From an uncultured Candidatus Rokubacteria bacterium (GTDB taxonomy: Bacteria; Methylomirabilota; Methylomirabilia; Rokubacteriales; CSP1-6): a stretch of 64,000 nt of DNA. The position numbers and the translations under genes are program-made. Shown piece after piece: positions 9,171 through 21,158 of the stretch. Location: NCBI GenBank assembly GCA_963771355.1, contig CAVYTA010000006.1, positions 1,728,001 to 1,792,000 of the forward strand, read 5' to 3'. The notes beneath the pieces are model-generated. The model saw only the letters and a list, made by a program, of their open reading frames with translations. It had not been told where the DNA came from and did no database searches. Positions within the stretch are counted from its first letter, which is position 1; each line of letters opens with the position of its first letter.

Positions 9171-10375
9171 CCCTGGACCTCGACGCCCTCCACGCCCTCG
9201 TCATCCCGGGCACGAGCAAGATCGTCCTCTGCTCCCTCGACGGGCTCGGCGGCCTCCCCCGCCCCGAGACGGGAAAGAGCGAGCTCGAGACGGCCCGCAT
9301 CCCCAATCTCCACGCGCTCGCCGCGCGCTCCGCGTGCGGGCTCCTGCGCCACGTGGCGCCCGGGATCACGCCCGGCAGCGGGCCTGGTCATCTCGGGCTC
9401 TTCGGCTACGACCCGCTCCGCTACCCGGTGGGGCGCGGCGTGCTGGAAGCCCTCGGCATCGACTTCGAGCTGCGGGACGGCGACGTGGCCGCGCGGGGAA
9501 ACTTCTGCACGGTGGACGCGCAGGGGCGCATCACCGATCGCCGGGCGGGCCGCATCTCCACCGAGGTCTGCATCCGGCTCTGCGATCGCCTGCGGGGGAT
9601 CCGCGTGGAGGGAGTCGAGCTCCTCGTCGAGCCGGTGAAGGAGCACCGTTTCGTGCTGGTGCTCCGCGGCGCCGGACTTTCCGGCCGTCTCACCGAGACC
9701 GATCCCCAGGCCACCGGCGTCCCTCCCCTCCCCGTCGCCGCCACCGCGCCGGAGGCCACCCGCACCGCCAACCTCGTCAACCACTTCGTGGAGGCGGCGC
9801 GGCCGCTGCTCGCCGATGCGGCGCCCGCCAACATGATTCTCCTCCGCGGCTTCGACCAGCGCCCGGAGATGCCGCGCTTCCCCGAGCTCTTCGGACTCCG
9901 CGCCGCCGCCATCGCCGCCTATCCCATGTATCGCGGCCTGGCCCGGCTGGTGGGCATGGAGGTGCTGAAAACCGGCGGGAGCTTCGCCGAGGAGGTGGCC
10001 ACGCTCCACGAGCACTGGAGTGGCTACGATTTCTTCTTCCTCCATTACAAGGACACCGACAAGGCGGGGGAGGACGGCGACTTCGACGCCAAGGTGGCGG
10101 CGCTGGAGCGCTGGGACGCGCTGCTGCCGGAAATCCTCGCGCTCTCGCCCGACGTCCTCGTGGTCTCCGGCGATCACGCCACGCCCTCCATCCTGGCCGG
10201 GCATGGCTGGCAGCCGGTGCCCGCGCTCGTGGCGAGCGCCTACTGCGGCGGCGATCCCGTCACGCGCTTCACCGAGCGCGACTGCGCCGGCGGCACGCTG
10301 GGGCTCGTCCCCGCCCATGCCCTGATGCCGGTGGTGATGGCCAACGCGCTGCGCTTCACCAAGTACGGCGCCTGA
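9167..10375 (+). CDS. apgM: 2,3-bisphosphoglycerate-independent phosphoglycerate mutase (ApgM type)
   Basis: DGLGG, TPGSGPGHL, RGNFCT, DRRAGRI, HYKDTDKAGEDG and SGDHATP motifs; GTG 9167 overlaps the upstream stop. Confidence 0.92.
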   Translation: MTLDLDALHALVIPGTSKIVLCSLDGLGGLPRPETGKSELETARIPNLHALAARSACGLLRHVAPGITPGSGPGHLGLFGYDPLRYPVGRGVLEALGIDFELRDGDVAARGNFCTVDAQGRITDRRAGRISTEVCIRLCDRLRGIRVEGVELLVEPVKEHRFVLVLRGAGLSGRLTETDPQATGVPPLPVAATAPEATRTANLVNHFVEAARPLLADAAPANMILLRGFDQRPEMPRFPELFGLRAAAIAAYPMYRGLARLVGMEVLKTGGSFAEEVATLHEHWSGYDFFFLHYKDTDKAGEDGDFDAKVAALERWDALLPEILALSPDVLVVSGDHATPSILAGHGWQPVPALVASAYCGGDPVTRFTERDCAGGTLGLVPAHALMPVVMANALRFTKYGA

Positions 10376-10435
10376 GGCGGCACGCGCCTTCGGGGTTGCC
10401 GCCACCGGCGGCCCCCGGTATCATCGGTCCATCCG

Positions 10436-11898
10436 ATGGGCCTGCGGCTGCGTCTCTTCTTCGTCCTCATCGTCCCGCTGACCCTTCTGGTCGGTCTCTA
10501 CGCGGTGGTGCGCGTGCGCGATGAAGAGGCCCAGCTCCTCGCCGCCGAACAGCGCAATGCCTCGGTGGCGGCGCGCGCCATCCAGATCGCGGTGGAAAAC
10601 GCGGTGCGCGACCGGCAGCTGGCCGACATCCGGCGCCTGCTCTCCGAGCTCGTCAACCGCCAGGAGCAGATCGACCGCATCCGCATCTTCGACAAGTCCC
10701 TCGCCCCCACGCTCGGGTCGGAGCCGGGCGCGGTGGGCGGCCCGGTGGCGGCGGAGCGCATCCAGCGCGTGATCACGCAGGGACGCGCGGAGGTGGTAGC
10801 GGAGGAGGGCGGCAGCGGCGACACCTTTTCCTACCTGATGCCGCTGCGGGGGCACAAGGGCGAGATGGTGGGCGCCATCGAGATCCTCTTCACCTCGCCG
10901 GGGGCGAAGGAGAAGCGCGAGCGCGCCACCCGTGACGTCATCATCCGGCTGGGTCTCCTCGCGCTGGGGCTGGCGGGGCTCACCGCCCTGGTGCTCTCGC
11001 GCCAGGTCCTGCGGCCGCTGTCGCGCCTCACGCGCTCGATCCGCGCCCTCGGCGAGGGAGCGCCGGGGCCGCCCCTGCCGGTGCAGCGGCGCGACGAGCT
11101 GGGCGAGGTGGCGGAGGCATTCAACCGCATGGCCGAGCAGCTCGACGGCGCGGGCCAGCGCCTGCTCCTCGAGAGCGACCGCGCGCTCGAGCTCGAGCAC
11201 CAGCTCCGCCGCGCCGAGACGCTGGCGGTGGCGGGCAAGCTCACCTCCGGCATCGCGCACGAAGTGGGCACCCCGTTGAACATCATCTCGGGGCGCGCGG
11301 AGATACTCCTCAAGAGTCTCCCCGCCGATCATCCGGGTCGGCCGGACCTCGAGGTGATCGTGGGCCAGATCGACCGGATCTCCAACATCATCCGGTCGCT
11401 GCTCGACACCGTGCGCCAGCAGAAGCCGGAGATCCAGTCGGTGCCCATCCCGCCGCTGCTGCAGCGTCTGGTTCCGCTCCTCGACCACCTGGCGCGCCGG
11501 CGCGGCGTCACCATCGCCGCCAAGGCGGGGGAGCCCCTGCCCGATGTGGCCGCCGATCCCAATCAGGTGCAGCAGGTGCTCATCAATCTCCTGATGAATG
11601 CGCTCGAGGCCACGCCGCGGGGTGGCCGCATCTCGGTGGAGGCGTGGGCGTGTCCCAACGACGGCCGGCCCGGCGTGGCGGTGGCGGTGAGCGACACCGG
11701 CTCGGGCATTCCCAGCGAAGTGTTGCCCCGGGTCTTCGAGCCGTTCTTCACCACCAAGCCGCAGGGCCAGGGCACCGGGCTGGGCCTCTCCATCTGCCGG
11801 GACATCCTTCGTGAGCACGGAGGCACGCTCGCGGTGCAGAGCCGGAGCGGTCAGGGCGCCACCTTCACCGCCTGGATGCCGGTACACGAGGCGGCGGG

Positions 11899-11902
<4 letters not shown>
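10436..11902 (+). CDS. Sensor histidine kinase (2 TM, HAMP, HisKA, HATPase)
   Basis: HAMP 'RRDELGEVAEAFNRM', H-box AHEVGTPLN, N/G boxes and GTGLGL. Confidence 0.95.
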
Positions 11903-13223
<1,321 letters not shown>

Positions 13224-13227
<4 letters not shown>

Positions 13228-14432
13228 CGCACCGCTTCGATGGCCCGCCGCAGCCCGTCGAGCATCCGGTCGATCTCCTCGCGGGTGACGTTGAGCGCGG
13301 GCATGAACCGGATGACGTCAGGCCGCGGGGCGTTGAGCAAGAGGCCCTGATTCTCCCAGCCGGAGTGCTTCTCCAGCGTGTCCCGCGCATAGGCCACCAC
13401 CGCCGGGGCGATCTCGACGCCGAGATCCAGCGCCCGCAGGAGACCCCATCCCCGCTCGTGCGAGAGCCCGAGCCGATCGACCATCGTCGTCAGGCGAGCA
13501 GCCAGGTACTGTCCCGACTCCGCCACCCCCTCCAGGAAGCCCGGGGCCAGGATCTGCTCCAGCACCGCGGCCCCCACCGCCGTCATGAGGGGACTGCCGT
13601 TGAAGGTGCCGCCCTGCTCGCCGTGCTCGAACACCGACGCCGCCTCGGTGGCGCAGAGCGCGGCGAGCGGGACGCCCGCGCCCAGGCCCTTGCCGAGGGT
13701 CATGATGTCCGGCGCCTCGTCCGCGCTGCGCGCGAAGTGCTGGTACGCGAATAGACGGCCGGTGCGGCCGATGCCGGTCTGCACTTCGTCCACGATGAGC
13801 AGACAGCGGTGCCGCCGGGTCAGCGTCCGTAGCGCCCGGAGGAACTCGACGGTGGCCGGCACCACGCCGCTCTCGCCCTGCACCGGCTCCAGCATCACCG
13901 CCGCGGTCCGCTCGCCGATCAACGCCTCCACCGAGGCAAGGTCGTTCAGCGTGGCCTTGGGAAAGCCGGGCACCTGCGGCGCGAACATGGTGTCCCAGCC
14001 GGGCTTGCCGCTCGCGGACATGGTGGCGAGGGTGCGCCCGTGAAAGCCGTGGTCGAAGGTGATGATTTCGTAGGCACCGCCCTTGAAGCGCCGGCCCCAC
14101 TTGCGGGCCAGCTTGATGGCGCCCTCGTTGGCCTCCGCCCCCGAATTGGTGAAGAAGCACCGCCGAAAGTCGGAGTGCTCGGCGAGCAGGCGCGCCAGCT
14201 TCAGCGACGGCTCGTTGTAGAAGGCGGGGCTCGGCGTGATGAGCGTCCGGGACTGCACGGCCAGCGCCTCCACCACCGCGGGCGGGCAATGCCCCAGGCA
14301 GTTGACCGCCCAGCCCTGGACAAAGTCGAGGTAGCGCTTGCCGGCATGATCGGTGAGCCAGGACCCGCGGCCCTCGACGAAGACGATCTCCGGCCGCTCG
14401 GTGATCTCCATCAGGGGTCCGAAGTCCATCAC
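13224..14432 (-). CDS. argD: Acetylornithine aminotransferase
   Basis: [32 protein letters not shown] and PLP-Lys in TLGKGL; directly downstream of argR. Confidence 0.92.
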
Positions 14433-14926
14433 GCCTCCTTCCGGAGCGCCGGCCGTGCCAGTGCCGCGGTGAGCCGGCGGGCCAGGGCGCGGGCGGCCCG
14501 TTCACTGGGGGTGGCAATGAAGACCGTGTCGTCGCCGGCGAGAGCTCCCACCGACTCCGGCAGTGCCGCCTCGTCGAGCGCGCGGGCCACCGGCGCGGCC
14601 GCCGCCGCCGGCGTCTTGAGCACCACCAGGGTGCTCGCCGCCCGTACGGAGAGCACGAAGCCCCTGAGCGTGCGGCCGAGCCGCGCCTCGCGCCGGGGCC
14701 CGGGCACGAAGCGCGTCGCCGCGGCCTCCGCCGCCACGTAGCCCCGCGGCGTCTTGGCCAGGCCCAGATCGCGCAAGTCGCGCGAAAGCGTGGGCTGGGC
14801 CACGGTGAGGCCACGCCGGCGCAGGAGGCGCTGGAGCTGGGTCTGGGAGCGGACGGGGACGGCGCGGATCAAGCCCAGGATGGTCTGGTGACGGCGCAGG
14901 GGTCGAGGGTCTGAATGTTCATTCAT
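14429..14926 (-). CDS. argR: Arginine repressor
   Basis: SQTQL...[14 protein letters not shown] and LVVLKT...[11 protein letters not shown] motifs. Confidence 0.93.
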   Translation of the reverse strand: MNEHSDPRPLRRHQTILGLIRAVPVRSQTQLQRLLRRRGLTVAQPTLSRDLRDLGLAKTPRGYVAAEAAATRFVPGPRREARLGRTLRGFVLSVRAASTLVVLKTPAAAAAPVARALDEAALPESVGALAGDDTVFIATPSERAARALARRLTAALARPALRKEA

Positions 14927-14947
14927 AGGAATGCATAATCATGCATC
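14910..14947. promoter_or_regulatory. Tandem ARG boxes overlapping the argR start
   Basis: TGAAT-gttc-ATTCA (14912-14925) and ATGCAT-aatc-ATGCAT (14931-14946). Minus-strand TTGACG at 14963-14958 with GATTAT 17 bp downstream. Confidence 0.85.
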
Positions 14948-15043
14948 CCGGCCGCCGCGTCAAGCCCTCCACGAAATTCCTCCAAACGGAGGGAGAAACT
15001 GCGAGATCGTGGATCCGTCCGGGGGTGTATCCTAACGAAACGC

Positions 15044-16276
15044 ATGGCACGTCTCCCGCGCCTGCTCACCGCCGGCGGCTTCGCTGCCCTCATTGTCCTC
15101 GGCTGGGCGACCGCGCCCATCGACCCGGGCCCGCCCCTGGCCATGCGTGCACCGGAAGACGTGACGCCCGCGGTGACCGCCGCCGAGGAAACGCTCCTCC
15201 GCCCCCGCGAGACGCTGGAGGCGGCCCTGGTCCGGAGCGGGTTCGCCCGGACGGAGGCGGGCGAGGTCATCGGCCTCCTGCGTGGCACGGTGGACATGCG
15301 CCGCCTCCGCCCCGGCGAGCGTCTCAGCGTCTCGCGCGGCCCCGACGACGTCCCCGTGGCGGCCATCTACTGGCGCTCGCCGGTCGAGCGCTACGAGCTC
15401 ACCCGCGGGGAGGCCGGTTGGGCGCTCCGCGCGGTACGGGTGCCGGTGGACACGCGCATCGTGGCCGTCGCGGGCCGCCTGACGGACTCGCTGTTCGCCA
15501 GCATGGAGCGAATCGGCGAAGGACCCGCGCTCACCGCCGCCGTGGTCGGTCTCTTCGAGTGGGACTTCGACTTCGCCGCCGACTCGCTGCCCGGCGACCA
15601 CTTCCGGCTCCTGGTGGAGAAGCGGTACGCCGAGGGTGACTTCCTCGGCTACGGCGAGATTCTCGTCGCCCAGTACCGCTCCAGCGGCCGCGGGCGGCTG
15701 ACCGGCGTCGGGTTCGCCGATGGCGACGGCCGCACGGCCTACTACGACGCCTCGGGCCGGTCGGTGCGGAAGATGTTCCTGCGGGCGCCGCTGGACTTCA
15801 CCCGCATCACCTCCGGCTTCTCCCACGCGCGGCTGCATCCCGTACTCGGCGGCACGCGCCCGCACCTCGCCATCGACTACGGGGCCCCGACGGGCACGCC
15901 GGTGCGGGCGGTGGGGGACGGCACCGTCCTGATGGCCGGCTGGCAGGGGGGCAACGGCATCAGCGTGACGGTGCGCCACGCCCGCGGCTACGAGACCATG
16001 TACAACCACCTGTCGGCGGCGCTGGTCCGTGCCGGCGAGCGCGTGCGCCAGCGCCAGGTGATCGGTCGCGTGGGCGCCACCGGGCTCGCCACCGGCCCGC
16101 ACCTCGACTACCGCGTGAAGAAGGACGGTCGCTGGGTCAATCCGCTGGGCGAGAAGTTCATCCCGGGCGAGCCGGTATCCGCGCGTCGACGCGGCGCTTT
16201 CGACCGCCACCTGCAGACGCTCCTCGAGCACCTCGAGCGCGAAGCTCCGCTCGCGGCCGACGGGGCCCGGTCCTGA
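15044..16276 (+). CDS. M23 family peptidoglycan DD-endopeptidase (MepM-like)
   Basis: HLAIDY, YNHLS, TGLATGPHLDY and VNPL motifs with an N-terminal anchor. Confidence 0.92.
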   Translation: MARLPRLLTAGGFAALIVLGWATAPIDPGPPLAMRAPEDVTPAVTAAEETLLRPRETLEAALVRSGFARTEAGEVIGLLRGTVDMRRLRPGERLSVSRGPDDVPVAAIYWRSPVERYELTRGEAGWALRAVRVPVDTRIVAVAGRLTDSLFASMERIGEGPALTAAVVGLFEWDFDFAADSLPGDHFRLLVEKRYAEGDFLGYGEILVAQYRSSGRGRLTGVGFADGDGRTAYYDASGRSVRKMFLRAPLDFTRITSGFSHARLHPVLGGTRPHLAIDYGAPTGTPVRAVGDGTVLMAGWQGGNGISVTVRHARGYETMYNHLSAALVRAGERVRQRQVIGRVGATGLATGPHLDYRVKKDGRWVNPLGEKFIPGEPVSARRRGAFDRHLQTLLEHLEREAPLAADGARS

Positions 16277-16293
16277 CTTCGCGCTGAGGCCGC

Positions 16294-16329
16294 CGCGACA
16301 AGTTGTCGCGTCAGCGACAGCTTGTCCGG
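16294..16329. promoter_or_regulatory. Putative enhancer (bEBP binding) pair
   Basis: Perfect palindrome CGCGACAA-G-TTGTCGCG (16294-16310) and a second copy GCGACAGCTTGTCC (16314-16327), about 100-130 bp upstream of a sigma-54 promoter. Confidence 0.6.
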
Positions 16330-16424
16330 TAAGTCCTACCTAGGGGTCGTCACTACCCGCTGACATGGCGATTCTAAGTATCCGTCGTTGTGGATCTTTC
16401 GTTGGGGACTGAACTCCAAAGCGC

Positions 16425-16440
16425 TGGCGCGAGCATTGCA
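16425..16440 (+). promoter_or_regulatory. Sigma-54 (-24/-12) promoter
   Basis: TGGCGC-GAGCA-TTGCA matches TGGCAC-N5-TTGCW; intergenic, upstream of 16529. Confidence 0.7.
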
Positions 16441-16528
16441 GCCCCTTTTCCGCCATGCGAGATGGTAAGGGTACGAGCGTGCGCGCCACCCATCCCTTCC
16501 ACCTCACCGGCTGTCCACACCTCACCGC

Positions 16529-16969
16529 GTGATGGCCACCGCAACCGCGGAGCGCGACCTGCCGCGCGGAGCCCCTTCGGCACGCACCATCATGGTGGTG
16601 GAGGACGATCCCGGCATGCGCGCGGTGCTGCGCGATGTGCTCACCGACGCGGGCTTCCAGGTGCACGAGGAGCCCGGACCCGAGCGGGTACCCGCCGCGG
16701 TGGAGCGCATCCGGCCTCGGGCCATCGTCCTCGACCGGGAGATGCCGGGGGGCAACGGGACCGAGTTGCTCGCCACCCTGGGGCGCCGGTATCCCGGCAT
16801 CCCCGTACTCGTCATCACCGCCTTCGGGGGCGCAGCGGTGCGCGCGGAGGTGATCCGTGCCGGTGCCGCCGGCTATCTGGAGAAGCCGTTCCGCATGGCC
16901 ATGCTGCTGGACACGCTGCACGCGATCACCGGACCACGCGCGGCGGCGTTAGGAGCTTCTGATGCCTGA
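16529..16969 (+). CDS. Single-domain response regulator (receiver only)
   Basis: IMVVEDD, VLDREMPGGNG, VITAFG and YLEKPF motifs. Confidence 0.88.
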   Translation: MMATATAERDLPRGAPSARTIMVVEDDPGMRAVLRDVLTDAGFQVHEEPGPERVPAAVERIRPRAIVLDREMPGGNGTELLATLGRRYPGIPVLVITAFGGAAVRAEVIRAGAAGYLEKPFRMAMLLDTLHAITGPRAAALGASDA

Positions 16970-17231
16970 TCTCGCGCGTTTGCCTAGTCCCTCGCCCCCG
17001 CTAGGCGCTCCGGCGAGTCTGGCTCACCGAGGAGGAAGAGGGGGGCTCAATCCCTATGATTTGGATGGCACCGCGGAGCGGCTCGGCGCCGCCATCGCGA
17101 TGCCGGAGCCGCAGCGGCGAGGGCGCATGACGCGCCTTCGCGAGCGCGTGCTCGGGTGGAATATCTATCGCTGGGTGGGCGAGGTGCTCGGCACCGTGCT
17201 GCGCCTGCCCGATCCGGAGGTGATCTCATGA
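16962..17231 (+). CDS. Small hypothetical protein (start uncertain)
   Basis: Fills the gap between the receiver gene and otsB, with an ATGA overlap at its end; no recognisable motif. Confidence 0.35.
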   Translation: MPDLARLPSPSPPLGAPASLAHRGGRGGLNPYDLDGTAERLGAAIAMPEPQRRGRMTRLRERVLGWNIYRWVGEVLGTVLRLPDPEVIS

Positions 17232-18103
17232 GAGCTCCGTCGTCCCCCGCCCTGCTCGCCACGGAAGTCCGGGAGGCCGCGCGGGAGCGCGGCGCCCTCC
17301 TCATCATGGCCGATTTCGACGGCACCCTCGCGCCCATCGCGGACACGCCGGGCGAGGCGCGCCTGGCCCCGACCGCCCGCAAGGTCCTCGCGCGGCTGGC
17401 CACCGCGCCGGGCGTCGGCCTCGCGGTGATCTCCGGACGCGATCTCACCGACATCAAGACCCGGACGGATCTGCCCGACATCATCCATGCCGGCTGTCAC
17501 GGCCTCGTCATCGAGGGACCGTCGATGGGCTTCACCCATCTGCAGGCGGCGGAATGCCGCCAGATCCTCAAGGGCCTCGCCACCGACCTCACCGAGCGAC
17601 TGAGCGGGCTCCGGGGGGTGGAGGTCGAGCCCAAGGAGTTCGGCGTCGCCGTTCACTATCGCCGCGCGTATCCCTCGGATCTCGCCGAGGTCTTCTTCCA
17701 GGTGGAGGAGGCCCGCGAGGCGCATGCTCCGCACCTCACCACCCGTCCGGGCAAGAAGGTGCTCGAGCTGGTGCCGAACGTGCCCTGGAACAAGGGTGAG
17801 TGCGCGCTGTGGATCCGCGATCGCTGGGCGCGCACGCAGTCCCTCGATCCCGCCGTGGTCTATCTCGGCGACGACGAGACCGACGAGAGCGCGTTCCAGG
17901 CTCTCCGCGGCAAGGCCCTCACCGTTCGCGTCGGCTCCGGGCATCGCGGCAGCCGGGCCGCGCGGTGGGTCACCGACGTGTCTGCCGTCCATCGCTTCCT
18001 CGCCGCCCTGGCCCCGCCGGAGACAGCGGAGGGCGAGGGGCGGGAGACGCCGCGCGCCGCCACCGGCGAAGCCCCGCGGGTTGCCGGCCCGGAGTCTGCC
18101 TGA
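17228..18103 (+). CDS. otsB: Trehalose-6-phosphate phosphatase
   Basis: HAD motif DFDGTLAPI, ISGR, AVHYR, GKKVLEL.P...WNKG and GDDETDESAF. Confidence 0.92.
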   Translation: MRAPSSPALLATEVREAARERGALLIMADFDGTLAPIADTPGEARLAPTARKVLARLATAPGVGLAVISGRDLTDIKTRTDLPDIIHAGCHGLVIEGPSMGFTHLQAAECRQILKGLATDLTERLSGLRGVEVEPKEFGVAVHYRRAYPSDLAEVFFQVEEAREAHAPHLTTRPGKKVLELVPNVPWNKGECALWIRDRWARTQSLDPAVVYLGDDETDESAFQALRGKALTVRVGSGHRGSRAARWVTDVSAVHRFLAALAPPETAEGEGRETPRAATGEAPRVAGPESA

Positions 18104-18198
18104 CGCCGGACCTCATCACGACGCGCGCTCGCGACCGGCTGGTCACCACGGTGGAGAAGGACAACAGCCAGCCTCGCCGCCGGTGAGATACTGGCGGG

Positions 18199-19026
18199 GT
18201 GCTTCGCCGGACCACGGGCTCGAGTCTCTGCTATCGCTGCGGCCGTTTGAACCGGGTGGACGCGGAGCGCTGCTTCTACTGCGCCGCCCCGCGGCCCGGC
18301 CTCTGGGGCTGGGGGCATCTCCTCGGGCGAGTGGGGGCGGAGCTCGACCTCGCCCGCCTGGTCACCGTGGTCTGCGTGGTCGTCTACGTGGCCTCGCTGG
18401 GCCTGGATCCCGGCGCGATGTTTCAGGGGCGCGGGCCGTTCTCCCTGCTGGCTCCCAGCCACGGCGCGTTGCTCGCGCTGGGCATGACGGGCGCGCTGCC
18501 GTGGGAGGCCGGCCGCTGGTGGACGCTGCTCACCGCCATCTATCTCCACGGGAGCCTGCTCCACGGCCTCTTCAACGTGCTGTGGATCCGGCAGCTCGCT
18601 CCCGCGGTGGAGGAGGTGTACGGCCGGCCCCGCGCCTTCCTGCTTTTCACCGCGAGCGGCGTGGCGAGCTTCGTGCTCTCGAACGCGCTGGGTATCGGCT
18701 TCACCATCGGCGCCTCCGGCGCGGTGTTCGGGCTCCTGGGCGCGATGGTCCAGTTCGGGCGGAGCCGCGGCGGAACCTACGGGGTGGCGGTGGTCCGCCA
18801 GTACTGGCAGTGGGCGCTCGTGCTCTTCGTGATGGGCTTCCTGATGCCCGGCGTGAACAATGCCGCGCACGCGGGCGGCTTCGTGGGCGGCATGCTGGCC
18901 GGGCTGCTCCTCGGACACACCGGCACGCGGCCGGAGCGCCCCTGGCATACGCTCGCCGCGGGGCTGACGGCGCTGCTGACCTTCGCCGGCTTCGCCCTCT
19001 CGCTCTGGACAACCTTCGGCGCCTGA
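18199..19026 (+). CDS. Rhomboid intramembrane serine protease with N-terminal Cys (zinc-ribbon-like) motif
   Basis: CYRC..CFYC; HGSLLHGLFN, catalytic GASGAVFG and AHAGG. Confidence 0.9.
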   Translation: MLRRTTGSSLCYRCGRLNRVDAERCFYCAAPRPGLWGWGHLLGRVGAELDLARLVTVVCVVVYVASLGLDPGAMFQGRGPFSLLAPSHGALLALGMTGALPWEAGRWWTLLTAIYLHGSLLHGLFNVLWIRQLAPAVEEVYGRPRAFLLFTASGVASFVLSNALGIGFTIGASGAVFGLLGAMVQFGRSRGGTYGVAVVRQYWQWALVLFVMGFLMPGVNNAAHAGGFVGGMLAGLLLGHTGTRPERPWHTLAAGLTALLTFAGFALSLWTTFGA

Positions 19027-19042
19027 AGCACGGCCGCGCGCG

Positions 19043-20992
19043 CTAGGCTCGGGCCGCCGCCTCGCTGCGAAACGCGGCGATCTGCTCCGGCAGGCCGAAC
19101 ACGCGTACCCGATCGCCCGCGCGGAGAGTGGTCTCCGCCGAGGGGTTCACCACCGTGTCCCCTTCCGCGTGCGTGATCGCCACCACGGTGACTCCCAGCC
19201 GCTCGCGGATGCGCGCCTCGCGCAGCGACTGGTCGGCGAGCGCGCCGGGGCCGAGGGAGATGTCGGCCAGCTGGGGCAGGTGGTCGCGGGTGGACACGTC
19301 CGCGGCCGCGCCCAGGACCATGGCGCGGTGGAACCGGTCGAGGTAGGCGAGCACGCGGTCCTGCGGCAGCGCCAGCCGTCGCAGCGCGTGACGGATCAGG
19401 GTGGCGGCGGCTTCCACCTCGGGCTGAATGATCTCGGTGGCCCCCGCGCGGAGCAGCGCGTCGAGGGCGGCGGGGTCGTGGGAGCGCACGAGGACGGGCG
19501 CGTCCTGGTTGAGCGTCCGCACGTTCCGTACCACCATGTTGGCGCGATCGATCTCGGGTAGCGCAACCACCACCAGGGTGGCCCCGGCCGTGCCCGCCCG
19601 CTCGAGCACGCGCCGCCGCGTGGCGTCGCCGAAGACGCAGGGCACTCCCCGCTCCCGCAACCCTCGGATGATTCCCGCGTCGGGCTCGATGACGATGTAG
19701 GGCTGCTTGAAGCTGTCGAAGGCCTCGCCGATGGCGCTCCCCACCCGGCCGAAGCCGCAGAGCACGACGTGATTGGCGGGCGGCCCCGCATCGGCCGCCC
19801 GCGCCCGTCGGAAGCCGCCCCGCCCGAGCCGGAGGCGGCCGATCCAGCCGGGCCCCACGCGCATCAGCGCCGCATTGATCAGGATGGTGAGGAGGGAGGC
19901 GGCCAGAATGGCGCTGTAGATGTCATGGCCCACATGGCCGGCGTCCCGCGCCACCTGGACCAGGACGAACGAGAACTCGCCGATCTGGGCCAGGCCCACG
20001 CCCACGAGGGCCGCGATGGACAGCGGTTCTCCGAACAGCCAGACCACCCCCGCCCGGATCACCGCCTTGCCCACCACGATGAGCACGACGAGCACGGCCA
20101 GAACGGCCAGGTTGTCGAGCACGGAGCGCGGATCGATGAGCCCGCCCACGGTGACGAAGAAGAGCGCCCCGAAGGTATCGCGCAGCGGCAGCAGGCGCGC
20201 CAGGGTCTCGTGCGCGTAGTCCGATTCGCTGATGATGAGCCCGGCGAGGAAGGCGCCCAGCGCGAGCGACAGCCCCACCGCCTGGGTGAGGGCGGCGGTG
20301 CCGAGCCCGATCGCGAGCGCGACCAGGAGGAAGAGCTCGGCACTCCGCATCCGCGCCATCCGGTTCAAGACCGGGGGAACCACCCGCGATACCAGATAGA
20401 GGAAAGGGATGAGGATGATGGCGGCCTTGCCCAGCGCGAGCGCGATGGCGACGAAGCGCCCGGGCTCGAGCTCGCCCAGGCTGGGCAGCAGCACCATGAG
20501 GGCCACCGCGGCGAGATCCTCCACGAGGGACAGCCCCATCATGATGCGCCCGTGATGGGAGTGCAGCTCGCCCCGGTCGAGCAGGAGCCGCGCCAGCACC
20601 ATGGTGCTGGACACCGAGATCACGACCCCCACCGCCAGGCTGGGCAGCACGCCCCAGCCCAGCAGCACGCCGGTGCCGGTACCCATGGCGATGAAGAGGA
20701 GCACCGCCAGCGGACCTCCCAGCAGCGCGATCCACTTGACTCGCATGAGGTCGCGCACCGAGAACTCGAGACCGATGGAGAACATGAGCAGCACCACGCC
20801 GATTTCCGCGAAGAGGTCGAAGGAGCGGGGATCGCTGACGGAGGGGCCCGGCGTGAAGGGGCTGATGAGCAGCCCGCCGAAGACATAGCCCAGAATGAGC
20901 GGCTGACGGAGCGCCCAGGCCAGTGAGCCCCCCACCACCGCGGCGAGGAAGACGAATGCGAGGTCGCCGAAGACCTGGGGATCCGAGACCAT
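19043..20992 (-). CDS. CPA2 cation:proton antiporter with RCK_N and RCK_C domains (KefC/YbaL/CpaA-like)
   Basis: AEIGVVLLMFSIGLEFS, LAQIGEFSFVL, CGFGRVG, FGDAT and a C-terminal TrkA-C (NPSAETTLRAGDRV). Confidence 0.92.
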   Translation of the reverse strand: MVSDPQVFGDLAFVFLAAVVGGSLAWALRQPLILGYVFGGLLISPFTPGPSVSDPRSFDLFAEIGVVLLMFSIGLEFSVRDLMRVKWIALLGGPLAVLLFIAMGTGTGVLLGWGVLPSLAVGVVISVSSTMVLARLLLDRGELHSHHGRIMMGLSLVEDLAAVALMVLLPSLGELEPGRFVAIALALGKAAIILIPFLYLVSRVVPPVLNRMARMRSAELFLLVALAIGLGTAALTQAVGLSLALGAFLAGLIISESDYAHETLARLLPLRDTFGALFFVTVGGLIDPRSVLDNLAVLAVLVVLIVVGKAVIRAGVVWLFGEPLSIAALVGVGLAQIGEFSFVLVQVARDAGHVGHDIYSAILAASLLTILINAALMRVGPGWIGRLRLGRGGFRRARAADAGPPANHVVLCGFGRVGSAIGEAFDSFKQPYIVIEPDAGIIRGLRERGVPCVFGDATRRRVLERAGTAGATLVVVALPEIDRANMVVRNVRTLNQDAPVLVRSHDPAALDALLRAGATEIIQPEVEAAATLIRHALRRLALPQDRVLAYLDRFHRAMVLGAAADVSTRDHLPQLADISLGPGALADQSLREARIRERLGVTVVAITHAEGDTVVNPSAETTLRAGDRVRVFGLPEQIAAFRSEAAARA

Positions 20993-21158
20993 GGAGGCAA
21001 TCTAGCATGCACATCGCGGCCCTTCTCTCGCCTCTCGCGCGCCCGGACGGAGCTCCGGGTGCGCGGAGAGGGCGGGGCGACGGGCCGGGGGCTTGCCGCC
21101 CCCCTCCGATTGGGTTAGACCTGACCTGCAGGACAGCCGACCCGCAAGGAGATCACGC

